The notes: generated from the letters alone by a model not told the origin. A stretch of DNA of 64,000 nucleotides from Octopus vulgaris (GCA_951406725.2 OX597831.1:56606001-56670000), one strand, 5' to 3'; shown: positions 1 to 14,088, counted from the first letter of the stretch. Made by a program: numbers and translations.

Positions 1-59
1 ATCTAGCACATGGAGAAGACCTGTGAAAGAATACCATGCTCAGTAGTCTGGTGGTTGTT

Positions 60-480
60 AAGAAAACAAGTATAGACAAATGGTTTGTGAAGAACCATGC
101 AAGCCATTTTCTTTCATGGCTATACAGATGTTGTCAGCAAGGTGAAAATTAGCAAGGAGTCCAGCAAGGAATTTAGCATGGTTTTGTTCTCACCACCTCC
201 TATTTTTTTACAGTTCTCCAAGCAGGAAGGAAAGAGCACCGTCAATGGGCACTTTTGTATTATGCTGATGATTTAGTTTGCAAAGCTCAAAGAATTAGAG
301 AGGAAATTCTAAACATGTCAGCACAAGGCCTTTAAAGTAAAACTAGCAAAAACAAATATCTTAGCAAGAGAGAAGACTTTGTTGCCATCTGGAAAATGGT
401 CATGTTTGATATGCAGAAACAGACTAGGTAGGTATTCCATATAGTATAGTAAATATAAACTATGGCTGCACAAGAGAGAC
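60..480 (+). mobile_element. Degenerate RTE-type LINE reverse-transcriptase fragment
   Basis: Remnants WALLYYADDLV, KVKLAKT and PSGKWSCLICRN...KLWLHKR (Cys-rich insert following the YADD motif). Many frameshifts. Abuts the mariner insertion. Confidence 0.6.
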
Positions 481-491
481 CTTAAGATATA

Positions 492-1780
492 TTGGGTTAG
501 CAACTAAGTTCCTGCTGTTTTTTTTAACTTTGGAATTTATTGCATTTTTAAATGTTGGAATCTATTATTTTTGAGAATTCTATTTTTGAATCATTTTGGA
601 ATCAATTTTTTTTCTAGTTAATTTCAGTTAATTTTTGCTTATTTTCAGATCATTAAAATGGAATGTCAAGTTAACAAAAACGAGCATTTTTGACACCTTC
701 TTCTTTTTGCTTTTAATCACAGTTCTAAGGCCGCAAAAGCTGCTCACGACATTTGTGCCATGTATGGAGAGGGTGCCATAGCTGAAAGAACTGCTTGTGA
801 TTGGTATGCCAAGTTCAAAAATGGAAATTTTGACCTCAAAGACACACCTCATTCTGGCCATCCTGTTGAGTTCGATGAAGAGCAATTACACCAACTTTTG
901 CACGAAAATTCTCGTGAAACGACAAGGGAACTGGCAGAGAAAATGAAATGATGCCACACTGCTAGAGAGAAGCATCTTCATTCGATGGGAAAGGTTCAGA
1001 AGTATGGAGCATGGGTTCTGCATGCTTTAAGTGACAACAACAAAAATCAACGAGCCACAATCTGCACTGGTTTGTTTGCTCGTCACCGCTCAACTCATGG
1101 ACACAAACAATGATTTCTTTACCGAATCGTTACTGGTGATGAAAAATGGTGCCTCTACATCAATATGAAGCAGTGTAAGGAATGGCTTAGCCCCGGTAAG
1201 AAAGTGACACCGCATGTGAAACAAAATCTTCATCTGCGTAAAATGATGTTGTGCGTATGGTGGGAGTGGGAAGGGATTATCTATTATGAATTGCTTGAAT
1301 GGAACCAAACAGTCAATGCAGAACGCTATGTTCAACAGATGGAATGACTCAACACAGCTATTCAAGAGAAAAGACCTAATCGGCAGCATGGAGTGCTTCT
1401 GCTGCATGACAATGCCTGCCCTTACATTGCCAATATGACCAAGGAAGCCATTCAAACGCATGGCTTGGAGGTGCTGCCACACCTGCTGTACTCACCTGAT
1501 TTGGCACCAATGGATTTCCACCTCTTTCAATCTCTTTCAAATGCTATGCACAGAGTTTCATTCAATACTGATGCAGAATTGAGAGCTTGGTTGAATCAAT
1601 TTTTCGAGTCAAAATCGGGTGATTTCTACCAACGAGGTATTGAAAATTTTGTTGAACGTTGGGAAGAAGTTGTAAACAACAAGGGTGAATACATTATTGA
1701 TTAATTAGTTGTTATTTTTTTATTAAACCTTTTAAAAATTTAAATTTTAAAAAACGGTGGGAGCTTGGTTGCCAACCTAA
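492..1780 (+). mobile_element. Full-length mariner (DD34D) transposon, probably mellifera-like subfamily, inactive
   Basis: TIRs ttgggttagcaactaagttcctgctgttttt and its imperfect reverse complement ending at 1780. TA flanks at 490-491 and 1781-1782. Length 1289 bp. Confidence 0.95.
658..1704 (+). pseudogene. Mariner transposase, single frame of 348 codons with 4 internal TGA stops
   Basis: The track ORFs at 760, 1165 and 1393 are all in frame with ATG658. Motifs WVLH (WVPH), IVTGDEKW, LLLHDNA and YSPDLAPMDFHLF. Confidence 0.93.
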
Positions 1781-1872
1781 TACATAAACTAAATTCTTCA
1801 TAAATTAAAAAAAATTAATTGAAATAAAAGTAGTGATAACAACAGGCTAAACTACAACTTTACCTTTTCAGG

Positions 1873-2098
1873 GCTAGCCCTTTTCATATCAACCTGCCCG
1901 AGATCACTTCTGGGTTTTATAATACAAACTTTGTGTTTAAGTCATCTAAATTAAAATCTTCCATCAAAAATTCATGCTATTTTATGATCCAGACACCAGC
2001 TTAATAATAACAAAATTATTTTGTTAAATTCTTCATTATTTCTAAAATTAATTGAAACAAAGGTATTTCAACAGAAATATAGTAACAAAACAGCTAAG
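1873..2098. mobile_element. Degenerate piggyBac-type MITE (family of 43023-43239); another partial copy at ~9960-10141
   Basis: Internal similarity (aattaaaatcttcca, aaagttatttt, aattgaaa, gtaacaaaagggttaa) to the intact copy at 43023. Confidence 0.55.
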
Positions 2099-3120
2099 AA
2101 TTGCTATTTAGAAAATGAATTTTTTGATTACTTGGAAATTGACAAAAATACTTGAAAATGAACAAAGCAACATAATGCTGTCACTATTGAATAGTTTTCT
2201 TCATTAATAGTTGCAGACATTTTTCTGTACAATATATCACTTATTGATATGGTTTAGAAAACCATTTACATTCTGTAATAATGTTGCTATTGAAAAATCA
2301 GACTAATGTCTATACAGACATTCATCTAAGTGGGCCACTTCATTTCACCTTCACTGCTACTACTTCTTTCTTTTTTAATACAATTCAAAAGCATTACTAT
2401 AAATGATATTGTTCATTCCCAACAATAAATTCAAAAATATAATTAAAATAATTAAGGAGGTTACTTTTAGCAGAATACAGAGGAAAAATACTGAATAATA
2501 AAAGCATTAACAAAGGTAAGTAGCCAAATGTTAAATAAATGATTTACATTTTTTGTTTACTATTATTAAGGTCTACCTAAAGATGAAATAATTGAGAAAT
2601 TCATGTAAAATTCTGTCATTGAAATTTGAGACAAAATATTCATACTTATATATAAACTGAAGTAATATTTTATAAAAATCTTATGATATTTGTTGAGTGG
2701 TATTTTTCTAGAATTGATTCACCACTGAAAACATTATCTATAGCAAAATATTGTGTAATAAAATTGTCTTCATACATAACTTATATACACCTAAAGATAG
2801 GGACTCCCACAACACCCACCTCACTTACTCCCAATATCTTTACTATGTATCAGCTGAACCAACAATGAAAACTGACCTAGGTCTAAACCTCCCTTCCCAA
2901 TATTCCTAATGTGTATGCCATTTGAATCAACAAAGAAGACTGACCTAAGGATAAATTATAATGCTATGGGTATTGGATATGGGTAGGTCCCTAGTTACAT
3001 GGTTTGGTATGGGGAATAAATGAGAGAGGGTATCAGAAAGAAACGAGAGGGTTGGATAGATCCTATACCATCCCCAATAGCAACAATCAAAGTTGTTTAA
3101 TTCCTGGCAGAGCAGATATA

Positions 3121-3655
3121 CAAGGGGGTACTCAAAAGAAACTGGAATTTTGCAATATTATTTTATTCACTTAGTTTACATGTTTACACTTTTATCACTT
3201 TCAAGGTATTCTCCATATGAAGCAATGCATCAGTCCAGGCAGGTTTTCCACTGTTCGAAGCAGTGCTGGAACTCTTGTGAAGTGATGCCTTTTAACACCT
3301 CTGTCGTTTCTTTCTTCACCTCTTCCATATCTAAAAATTCCATAGCACCAGCTTTTGTCACCAGTGATGACCTTTGAAAAAAGGTCTAGATCAACTTCCA
3401 ACTGTTCTTTCAGTTCATGATCTTTTGATCTTCAATGACTTCTTTTGATCTTCCATGAGCAAGTGAGGTACAAATTTTGCTGCAACTCTTTTCATTCACA
3501 ATTCCTCACTCAAAATTCATTGGCAGAAGCTCCAGTCATGTCAACAAGTTCGTCAATTGTTCAGTGATGTCAACAAGTTTGTCAATTGTTCAGTGATGAT
3601 CCTCCAAGATCAGTTCATGAATTTTCAACGTTTTCATTTGTTCAAGAGGTCGACT
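3121..3655 (-). mobile_element. Internally deleted mariner remnant (irritans-like TIR)
   Basis: TA|caagggggtactcaaaagaaactgga terminus. Minus-strand peptides LFSKVITGDKSWCYG and IHELILEDHH*TIDKLVD. 29-bp tandem duplication at ~3539-3597. Confidence 0.75.
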
Positions 3656-5314
3656 TTACCTGCTGCTGCCAGTCGACAGACTGATGCCTGAGGGTTGCAT
3701 CAAATGGCTTCTAGCAGCAGAAGCCTGGACGACAATGGACCTGTTCTGTAGAGAATGTTTCTGGTTACTTTTAGGTATCTCCTTGCAATTTCATGTAGTT
3801 AAAGGTATTTAATTGGTAATTACAACATTTTTTAATGATATACTAATTGACAAAGGAAAAGTAGAGCAGTAAAGTGGTAGAAACAAAATGTCACAAGTTA
3901 TGGGTTGACTGATCGGTAGCTTTAGTAAGAGACACTTGCCCAGAATCTCACACACTAATCGTTGAATGAAACCGAATATCATTTGAATGAAATTCGATAG
4001 CATCACACCTTCTTTTCCAACATTTCAAGGTCACTAAAAATAAGTAGCAGTCAATAGAATTGGCTTTATTTCAATGCTAGAAATCATAATGATATCACCA
4101 ATAACTAAGTTATTGAATTCACTTGTGGCCACATTCATGGCAATAGCATAAATATATCATCATCAACATATTTCATGTTGACATGGGTTGTATAGTTGAC
4201 AGGATTTGACTAATCAGAGAGCTGTGTTGGGCTCCAATGTCTGCTTTGACAAGGTTTCGATGTTTGGATGCCCTACTTAACACCAATCACTTAACAGTGT
4301 ACTAGATATTTTTTCATGGTACCAGCACTAGTGATGTCACCAAGTAACTCACTGAAAATGACCCCTTGATGGAGTGAGGATACAGAATTGAGGGAAGTGG
4401 ATTTGTACCAGGTGTTCATAGGCTATAGCATAAAAAGGGAAACAAGGGCAGATGTGTTAGTGTACGAGAGATATATGGCTGCCCCAGCAGGAAAAGGAGA
4501 ATGGATGGTGGAAATGATGTGTTAGGGTATACCTTCAAGGTACAAGAAGGTGAATAAAGAGAGAGCACAGACAGAGAGTGGAAGATGGCTGAGTAGGTTG
4601 GTTATATAAAAACATATATAAATTAAAAAAATAAATGGACCTTGGTCAGAATTTCCAACTATGAATTTTCAGCTGTCCAATCAACTGAAATACCCAGCTC
4701 ATTGTATTAGTATGTATGTTGCTCAATATTCTATAGAGATATGTACCCTAAATGTGGCTCAATATTCTATAGATACATGTACCCATAGATAAATGTATCT
4801 TTGATCACAGTTAATGTGACATAGTGTGACAAGGCTGGACCTTTGAATTGTACATACAATCCATTTGGCAGGTTTCAACACAGTTTCTGTTCACCCACTC
4901 AATTCACTCATAAGGCCTGGATTGATTCAAGAAAATTGTCATTTTCTCTAGTCTCAGAATGACCTATACTTATGTGAGGGAAACTGGGTAGATAGAAACT
5001 GTACTGAAGCCTGCCAGGCAGACTGAGTTTAAAAGTCAAAAGGTACAGCCTTGTTACACACAGTATCAGGTTGATTTTGCTGGAGAATTAAGTTAAAAGG
5101 TACATATATCTGTGGAATACTCAACTACTTGCATACTAATTCAGGAGCAGATAACTCAGCTAATTAAGAAAATTGAATCCACATGGCCAAATGGCAGAGA
5201 TCCACCACCACCACCACCAATAATAGAAGACACCTTCTCAACAAATCAAAATATAACACAAGAATATGCAAATATCAAAGCAGTATCATATGATAATGGG
5301 TACACATGATGGAG

Positions 5315-5351
<37 letters not shown>

Positions 5352-6981
5352 CAAAGAAGTAAAAAGAAAAACTGGTACTTGGGTCAACTAATTTACTAAA
5401 GGTCAGATAATATGTAATTTAAATGGAATTAACAGGAAATAAATCAAGCAGATAGTACCATATAAAGTAAAATAAATCGCTTGAACAAGTGTTTTCTAAG
5501 TAAGAAAAATAAATTAAGAAGAATGTAATAAGTATTTCTACTTGACTTCTAAGTACAATGAACCGAAAGAGAAAAGATCATAGGTTTGGATATAAATGTA
5601 TATTGTAAAACCAGTATCTCAAAGTGAAAATATCATTTTCGAGGAATTGCATTGCGTGTATACATATGCATTGTGGGTGTGTATGATCTTTTTCTCTCTC
5701 TCACACACACTCACATTTGCATTTTGTTCATTTCAGTCTCATACAACATTAGCGTGTGTGTGTGTGTGTGTGTGTGTGTATGTTTGTGTGTGTGTGTATA
5801 TATATATATATCATCATTTAACATCTGTTTTCCATCCTGGGATGGGTTAGGTGGTTTGATGACAGGTAACATGGTCGGGAGTCATGCTGGGATCCATTGT
5901 CTGTTTTAGCATGGTTGCCACAGCCAAATGTCCTTCCTAATGCCAACCACTTTGCAGAGTATACTGAGCGCTTTTTACATGGCCTCAGCACCAGTGCTTT
6001 TTACATGGCACCAGCACAGATGCTTTTTACATGGCACCATCACCAACAATGTCACCAAGTACCTTACAGGACAAAAAAGAGCGGTTATGTGACTTTCTTA
6101 TCAATTAATTGTAAAGGTTTCATATAGTCTCTTACTAATTGATATCTGGATTGAAATCAAATACCTTAGTTGAGCAGTTTAACTATTTAACTATTTAACC
6201 ATCTCATTTCTAAAATATGAAAACAGAGAAGAAAAATATAAAAAAGAAATCAACTTTCAACACTATATACAGCTTTATGTCTGTTCTCCCACACAAGAAT
6301 AATTCTTCTGAAGTCCCAGATTTACATCTTTACCAACGCCCCATGTAGTTTAGTGGAAACCTTTTAATTAATTACAGCAACAAAGATTTCCTTTCAGTCT
6401 TTGCTTAATGGAATTGTTAGCAAAAGGAAAAAAAATAACACTCTGGTTAAAAACTATCACTAGAGATTTTTGTGGGAGGAAATGAGAATTTGTGGCTTTA
6501 TGCTTTTCTTAATATGGTGTTTAGGTATGGCTTGAGATTACTGAAATCAAAAACTGTGTCAAGTATTCCCGAGTGTGTTTAACTGGCTGGTGATGGAATC
6601 CATTCAGACAGTACCATTTGGGTGGTGGAGGTGGTTTCACTGAATGATCCTATTTTTACATCAGAGTTTTTTGTACTTTTCTTTGGTTCTTCTTTTTTCT
6701 CTTTCTTTATGGAGAAACTTTATAGCTGATCAAGTGAATTTAGTATATTAATTGATACTTATATTATCAACTCTAGGTGGAATGTTAACTTAGATATGCA
6801 TAACACTGAACTGGTTATGGCATTTAAGTCTGACTACCTTTTCTTGTGCTTTCTCCTATTACCATAATAAGGATGAAAGAATTAGCGGAGCTGAAAATTC
6901 CAGTTCAACAGTCTCTTCACCTCTAGAATTCTGAATTTAAACAAAATTCCTTAACATAAACAACACCCATAGTTATATATA

Positions 6982-7066
<85 letters not shown>

Positions 7067-8280
7067 TAAAGTACTACAACCACCACCACTACTACTACTA
7101 AAAAAACAAGAACCTCTATTCTTTAAATGATTATTAAAAACATCTGTCAAATCTTTCTGATGACAGATGAAGATAAATTGGAAATCATAAACCTATAAGT
7201 CTATTTTTCTTAAATTATTACAACCAACACACACACGTTTACCATGCCATTATATTCCTAAGTTAAGCCTCACTGAAAAAGTTTAACACCATGTGTGCAT
7301 GTGCTTGCATACTTTCACATATGTTCACATACACACATGTACACACACACACACAAGACTTAAGTCTTTTTGTTAGCTGACTATACTTAAACAGGATTGA
7401 ATTTAGAGTATTTCTGCTCTAGTTACCAAAATAAAACATAATCTAGCAGTTAACCAAAGAGGATTGACTATCAGCTGTAGTAAAACCTGAACTGTTACTG
7501 CTGTTGTGCATGAATGTCTGTGATATCAATGACAACTCAAACATACTTCAACTTGGGGAAATATTTCAGTATTATTTATGCTTAAAGGAAAACAAAACAA
7601 AATTATCGCAAATCATCCAGTTAACATGACTTATGTCAATAACTACGTAAATATTTTCACAACTTAAGGTGAGTACTATAACAAAAATATATTCAAAAAG
7701 AAACAAATGCACAATAGATTTTTTTTAAAAAGGCTTAGAGTAGTATTTGTACAGAGAAAACTTTGCACATGTGAACATCACATGAAAATGTACATAAGCT
7801 GACATACAAATGTATGATTACATGCACACCTATCTTTAGATTTTTGACTTATAACATTGTAGAAATGAAATGACAGCTTTTGAGCTGATAATTAAATGCT
7901 ATACTCATATAGCCGAGTTAAAATCTGCAGGTTTTATTGTGTTTGGTTAGTATAATTAATGCTTACATGCCTTAATACACCTAGCAGTTTCGTATAAGTA
8001 CCAGATCTTTTGGAAATATTATCCAACAATAGGTTTGTTATTGTTGCTCAACCTGCAAGAAATATCATCCATGCCTTCTTCAAAATATACCCCTATTATC
8101 TTGAGAGTAATAGGCACATTGGAGGACACAGTCATACACATACACACAATGGCTGAAAAAGAAAAACACAAAAAAAACAGAAAAGGAAAGAGGGGACAGA
8201 ATCAGCATGGTTGAAACATTATCATAAGTCTGGACTTTTATTTTACAATTTATTAGTTTTTGTCATATATATATATATCT

Positions 8281-8620
8281 GAGACCCCCTTCAGTCATGA
8301 CACAGACCATGGGATTGCACCTAGAAAGTTAGGTACTCCCAGGCACAAGTCCGGGCAAGGTTGTTTATGGAAGACCAGCAATCGCCTGAGCATACCGGAC
8401 TCCCCTCTCCACGCCACCAGTGTTATCCAAGGGAAAGGCAAAGGCTGATACAGCTTGGTACCAGTGATGTCGCAACTCATTTCTACAGTTGAGTGAACTG
8501 GAGCAACGTGAAATAAAGTGTCTTGCTCAAGAACACAACACGCAGCTCAGTCCGGGATTCGAGCTCACAACCTCATGATCGTAAGCTCGACAATTTAACC
8601 ACTGAGCCATGTGCCTTCAC
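8281..8620 (-). mobile_element. tRNA-derived SINE (head with A/B boxes, CORE/V-like central domain); partial copy at ~30745-30875
   Basis: Minus strand gtgaaggcacaTGGCTCAGTGG...GCTCGAATCC...ttcttgagcaagacactttatttcacgttgctccagttcactc. Flanked by (TA)n. Confidence 0.85.
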
Positions 8621-8661
<41 letters not shown>

Positions 8662-9753
8662 TTAATAAGAGGTCATGAACTTAAATGCATTGCAAAAGGA
8701 ACATATTGTGTTACAATAAGAAACAACACCCTAAATGAATACCTAATTCTTAGGTTTTGTCATATATTCATATTTAGTAGAGAGTCACAAGTTTGAATGC
8801 ATTGCAAAAGGAACATATTGTGCTACAGTAAGAAAACAACATACTAAACTAATACCTAATTCCCTGCAGTGATGTCTAACAAGTTTGTCCAAAGACGTCA
8901 CATATCTGGAGGAAAATTTTGAAGTTTTCACACTTTGCTCATGGATACATAAGTCCATCTTATCCAGTTGTGATAATTCCTTTAAATAGGTTTCTCATAT
9001 TTTCATACATATGGTTTGCTTATATATGTGTATATACACACATATATGTATGAGAGCAAATATCAGAAAGCAGTACTATAATAAATAGCAGCAGCAGTAG
9101 TAGTAGTAGTAGTAATAGCACAAAGTGAGTAATTGAAATGTTGGCTACTTTCCTGGCCAATCTGTGTACAAATAAATAGCTCTTCATTGTTATCTTTTAT
9201 CTTTTACTTGTTTTAATTTTAGTGATTGGACTGTGGCCATACTGGAGTGCCTCCTTGACAGGTTTAGTCAAACAAATCAACTCCAATTTTTTTAAAATCT
9301 GGTATTTATTTTATTGGTCATCCCCATTATGCAGTGGGTGGGGGAATAAGCAGACAAAATGCACACACATGCGCATGTGCGTGCACACACACACACACAC
9401 ACACACACACGATAGGCTTCCACACAGTTTCTGTCTACTAAATTCACTTACAAAGCATTGTCAGTCTGGAGTTATATATAGTAGAAGACACTTACCAAAG
9501 ATGACATGCAGTGGGACTGAACCTGAAGCTAAGTAGTTGGGATACAAGCTTCTCAACTAGACCCCCTAGATTAATATCATCCATCAATCTTGGGAAGTTA
9601 TTTGAGTAGCCATAAAGTGACTGACTTTTTTGGATGTCTGTCTAGAAAGTAAATTTTATTCAAAAAATCTTATAAAGAATAAAATGTTTTGAATGGTACA
9701 ACAATGCACTATAATATGGACAATGGGCTATTTACCTGTTGTAATTTAGTTAT

Positions 9754-9810
9754 CCATAGTCTGATATGATATTTCGAAATTATATTCCTTCTTCAGATAT
9801 TCTTAGATGG
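9754..9810 (-). ncRNA. Candidate minimal type-I hammerhead ribozyme (Penelope-type), stem I degraded
   Basis: Minus strand CUGAAGA-A-GGAAU(aua)AUUUC-GAAA-UAU(c)AUAU-C. 5-bp stem II, palindromic stem III with a 1-nt loop, AUC cleavage triplet (C17 at 9763). Confidence 0.5.
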
Positions 9811-10877
9811 AGTCGCTGTTATAATCAGTTTTTTTTCATTACTTAAGTGACATATTTCACATATGTCTTTTACAGTATTTTATGTTATCCTCCTTTAAAT
9901 ATATCATTAAAAAGAATCACTGAGTAAAATTTACCTCCTAGGTATTATCTAGACTTTGCAATTCCATTTTTCAAAGACATCTAAATTCAAACCTTCAATT
10001 AAATTTACATGTTAATTTATATTCCAAAGGAACACAAATTACTAAGAACAAAGTTATTTTTGTAATTTTTCCATTATTTTCGCAATTAATTGAAAGACAA
10101 GGTAGTGTATTTTAACCTAAATATGGTAACAAAAGGGTTAAATATAAATTCAAATTGCTGAAGATCAATAAAATAGTTTGATTATATATTTATTATAGAG
10201 AAAATGCTTCCCACAAGAATAGTTAGACAACAATGGACACTCAGCTGGTGTAAGGATGTTATTGGTTGATTCATGATGGCACATCAAAGAAGACTTAAAA
10301 TAGTTTGCCATTTTCTTGATTCTTCTGAGAAATCAATCTACCAGAAAATTGTCAAATGACTAAAATAGCTTGAGAGAATTTAGTACACCAGATTCAGCCA
10401 ACTAATGCTGGCACTGAAAGTGCATCTCACAATTCATTAGGTTATAGAACCATGACTTCTACCTTCATATAGTGAATCCATTCTGGGTAACATTCATGTA
10501 AGAATTTCAACTTAATATCACAAATAACAAAAAACTCTCCAACTATATAATTCCTCAACAATTAAAAAAAAAAAATTGTAATTTACACTGTCTACCAAGC
10601 TTATTTAACAATACACAGTACTGCATCTATGGCTGTGGTGCTAACAGAAGGGCTCTTAATTAGAGTCCACCTTCTTAAAAATTTAGCCAGCTGCCACTCT
10701 CAATAAATAATAATAGACTGATTATAAAAGATTGTAATATAATAGCATTCATTGTTTGTTCAATTGTTTAAGATCTGTTTTATCGTGCTAGCAGGAGTTG
10801 AAAGAATACTTATTACTGCAGTATTGTTTTAAATCTAAATACTCTTCCTACTACTAACCCATAGCCATTTTTTCATT

Positions 10878-11104
10878 TAACCCATTAGCATTTGAACCAA
10901 TCATATCAGGCCCAAATATTCAATGTGTTTTAGGTTCAAACTTGTCAGATCTAACCTCTTGCACCTCCCCTACAAAGTCATTCTAAAAATAAACAAGCAC
11001 ATCACTGAAATCTTGAAGCTGCAAGATAATGCATAATTAATTCAAAACAATATGAATAAATAAGCATTACATTTGACAGAATAATCTGAATGCCAAACAG
11101 CTAA
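10878..11104. mobile_element. piggyBac-type MITE family 2; other copies at ~30527-30745 and ~43243-43443
   Basis: Ends resemble TTAA|CCCtttagcatt...aatgctaaaGGG|TTAA. The three copies share internal sequence (gtcattctaaa, gagataatgcatgattaattcaaaacaat). Confidence 0.7.
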
Positions 11105-12497
11105 GGGGTTTTATATTTCAATCATCTTTAAAAATGTTGAGCAACAAGGGCGATTTGTTGACAGGGAATAGTCAAAATAATGCTGCCACTTTTGCTTGAG
11201 TGATTTCATGTAGACATTGCTGAATGTAAACATTCATACACATACACACATGGCAGGCTTCCATACAGTTTCTATCTATAAATTGCACCCACAAACCTAG
11301 GATTGGCTTGGGGTTTTAGTTAAAGGAACATGTCCAGTATGCTACATAGTGGGACAAAACCTGGTTGTAAAGTGAACTTATTAAAGTCACAACCATGCTT
11401 GTGCCTGTAATATAAACAATATATATATATATAGAAATGTCTATTTATATTCACATTGCCTAACACTGATCTGTAACTTAGTAGTTTAATGAACAGTTTG
11501 TTAAAATAAGTACCAGATTTTAAAATAAGTGCAAGGATTGGTATGATCTACTAAATATTTGAAGCCAGTAACCCAGCATAGTTACAGCTCATTGACTAAA
11601 AACCAGTAAAAGAACAAAAGTAGACATCAGATTTAATTTAAAATAATTATTTATCAGTCATTTATCTTACAAAGTAAATAAATGTTGTTTGTAAAAATAC
11701 TTTATATATTTGATTTCATTCCATAGTTCTTGAGTTACATAAAAAAACATTAGGAGAAAATTACATATGTCAATAACAATGTATTTGAATGATCTTCATC
11801 CTTCATTAGGCTGTAGAAGTCTTCAAAATATAAAATCTTGTACAGCTTGGTGTCCAGTATGGTAACAGTGGTCAGCAAAACCTATCCTGCACTGAGCAAC
11901 AGTAGTAGAGATGAGTGAAATGTCTTTGGACTTGTGCTAATGGGGGACAGATTCCCAGCATGGTATAGCAAAACACAACTCAGTTGTGGTCATTTGGATG
12001 AATATATGTATGTACAGATGAAATACATATACATACATAATTCCTTAATTTCTTTAATATTTGTTTCTCCTTCCTAGCAAGGGTCAGATGAAAAGCTACT
12101 TGAGGCAGGATTTTTAAAGTTAGACACCCTTCTTGTTGCCAGCTTTTATCTGTTTTTACAAATAAGGAAATTTAGTTTCAAAGGATTTAAAAAGTGTGGA
12201 GTTAACACATGATTTGTTAACAGATGTAAACAAATATCACTATTTGCAACTAAAACAGTGACATCACAACCTGCAGCACAGCTACAAATGATATCACTGT
12301 TTGTAGTGTAGCTGACCATAGATTGTAAATATTTGTACATGTCTTACCCATAGAAAGGGGTGAGACCAAGGGAATGCAGTGAATTCCTACAGCTAGTGGA
12401 CACTTACCATCCCAAGAAATTTTTGAAATTTAACAAATTTCTGAGGCATTTTGAAACTGAATGTAATGGGTATTTGGACACATTTATTTTTCTGAGA

Positions 12498-12776
12498 GGC
12501 AATATTTAGTTTTTAGCATTAAAAACTGGTAATAGTAATTCATTTACCAATGACTAACCATTCATTACCATAACTCATCAAGAAATATATAATAATTTTC
12601 AACTTTTGATTAAATTGAATAATTAACTTAATTCTGGCAATATTTAGTTTTTAGCATTAAAAACTGGTAATAGTAATTCATTTACCAATGACTAACCATT
12701 CATTACCATAACTCATCAAGAAATATATAATAATTTTCAACTTTTGATTAAATTGAATAATTAACTTAATTCTGGC
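12498..12776. repeat. Perfect tandem duplication, period 138 bp
   Basis: ggcaatatttagttttt...ttaattct occurs twice identically, starting at 12498 and 12636, with a GGC microhomology at the junctions. Confidence 0.92.
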
Positions 12777-12780
12777 TTCA

Positions 12781-12981
12781 CGAGAGGGGACTGAAAACTT
12801 CCTGGCTTTGGGTAAGAGAAAATACAGGAAGATTTTATTCAACATATTCCCCTCTCAGATTCACACACTTATTGCAGCAGTCCTTCAGTTTTTCTAAGCC
12901 CTGTAAAAGAATATGGAAAGTTGGGCCTCCAACCAGGCCTTTTATGATGCCCTTAAAGCCAGGAACTTTTCAGCAGCCCCG
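12781..12981. mobile_element. Mariner-derived MITE
   Basis: Imperfect TIRs cgagaggggactgaaaacttcctggcttt and aaagccaggaacttttcagcagccccg|TA. Confidence 0.75.
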
Positions 12982-13600
12982 TATATATGTAAACAAACAA
13001 GTTTGGAATTACACAAAACAACTGTACTACATCATTATCCTTTACTGAGCAAACTGTCAAAAATAAATATAACAAAACATACTTAAATCTTACCCATAGC
13101 CTACATAGATTACATCATGATTATCAGCCTGATATCATAGTAATTAAAATTACATTTGTAAAAACATGTGTAGATGGTAAGTCTCACACTTGAACGATGG
13201 CACAGTGTACAAAGTTGTCATTGTTGTACACTTTTAAGCTTATCTTAAAATTTTAATTACAATTTGTTTGTTTTCTTCCAGTAAAATTCAGATTAAATTG
13301 GGTTCACTGTATCTATTAAATTTAAGATCTACGGTAGTGGTGATACAATAATGTTGTAATATTGAAAACTATTGCGTTCAATGTCTTGAAAATACATTCA
13401 AAGTAATACAAAACTGAATTTAGTGTTATATACAGAAGACAAAATTCATTTCATTAACACAGAAAACAGCAGTAACCTTTATAAACATTAATAAGTAATA
13501 TTCTTGGTTTTGAGAATTATGAAACTAAACAATAATATTAATTATGGTTATGTATTTGTTTTGCAAGATTCCTGATATGAAATCATATGTTAAAACAGAT

Positions 13601-13878
13601 ATTGTTATACTTGGGAATGGTTATATTTTTGCCAATTAAACACACGCATTATATACTCAGTCTTCTCTTCAGATCACTATTATTATTTTAGTGTCTTGGT
13701 CTAAGCTCTTTCATCACACATCATGTGATTGCATCAGTGACTCTTTATCTCAGGATGTGTGATGAAAGAGCTTAGACAAGGACACTAAAATAATAATGAT
13801 AAAGCTGAAGTAAAGACAAAGTATATAGTGCATGTGTTTAATTGGCAAAAAAATATGACCATCCCCAATTATAACAAT
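13601..13878. repeat. Imperfect fold-back inverted repeat (~130-bp arms, ~17-nt loop)
   Basis: For example ttttagtgtcttggtctaagctctttcatcacacatc pairs with gatgtgtgatgaaagagcttagacaaggacactaaaa. Confidence 0.88.
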
Positions 13879-13966
13879 AATATCAATATTTTTTATATGA
13901 ATCAGGCTACAAGATGACTTAAAATCACTTTTTGAAATCCCAAATAACACAAAGAAAACCCCACTA

Positions 13967-14012
<46 letters not shown>

Positions 14013-14088
14013 ATAATATTAGGGAATAAATCCAAATTTACAGGGAAAAATCAGATTTAGGATTGAATCCAATTTTATAGTAAAATAT

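Noticed and set aside
1090-1482. 130-aa minus-strand ORF (also 47994-48383 and 58202-58483)
   Set aside because: Antisense shadows of transposase or RT coding sequence.
3659-4033. Minus-strand segment bounded by an AG acceptor and a CAG|GTAAAG donor
   Set aside because: The frames I read contain stops, there is no VPS13 similarity, and the donor coincides with the mariner-remnant junction.
7141-7190. CTGATGA...GAAA near a catctgtca/tgacagatg mini-hairpin
   Set aside because: No stem III/NUH or stem I; a competing short inverted repeat explains it.
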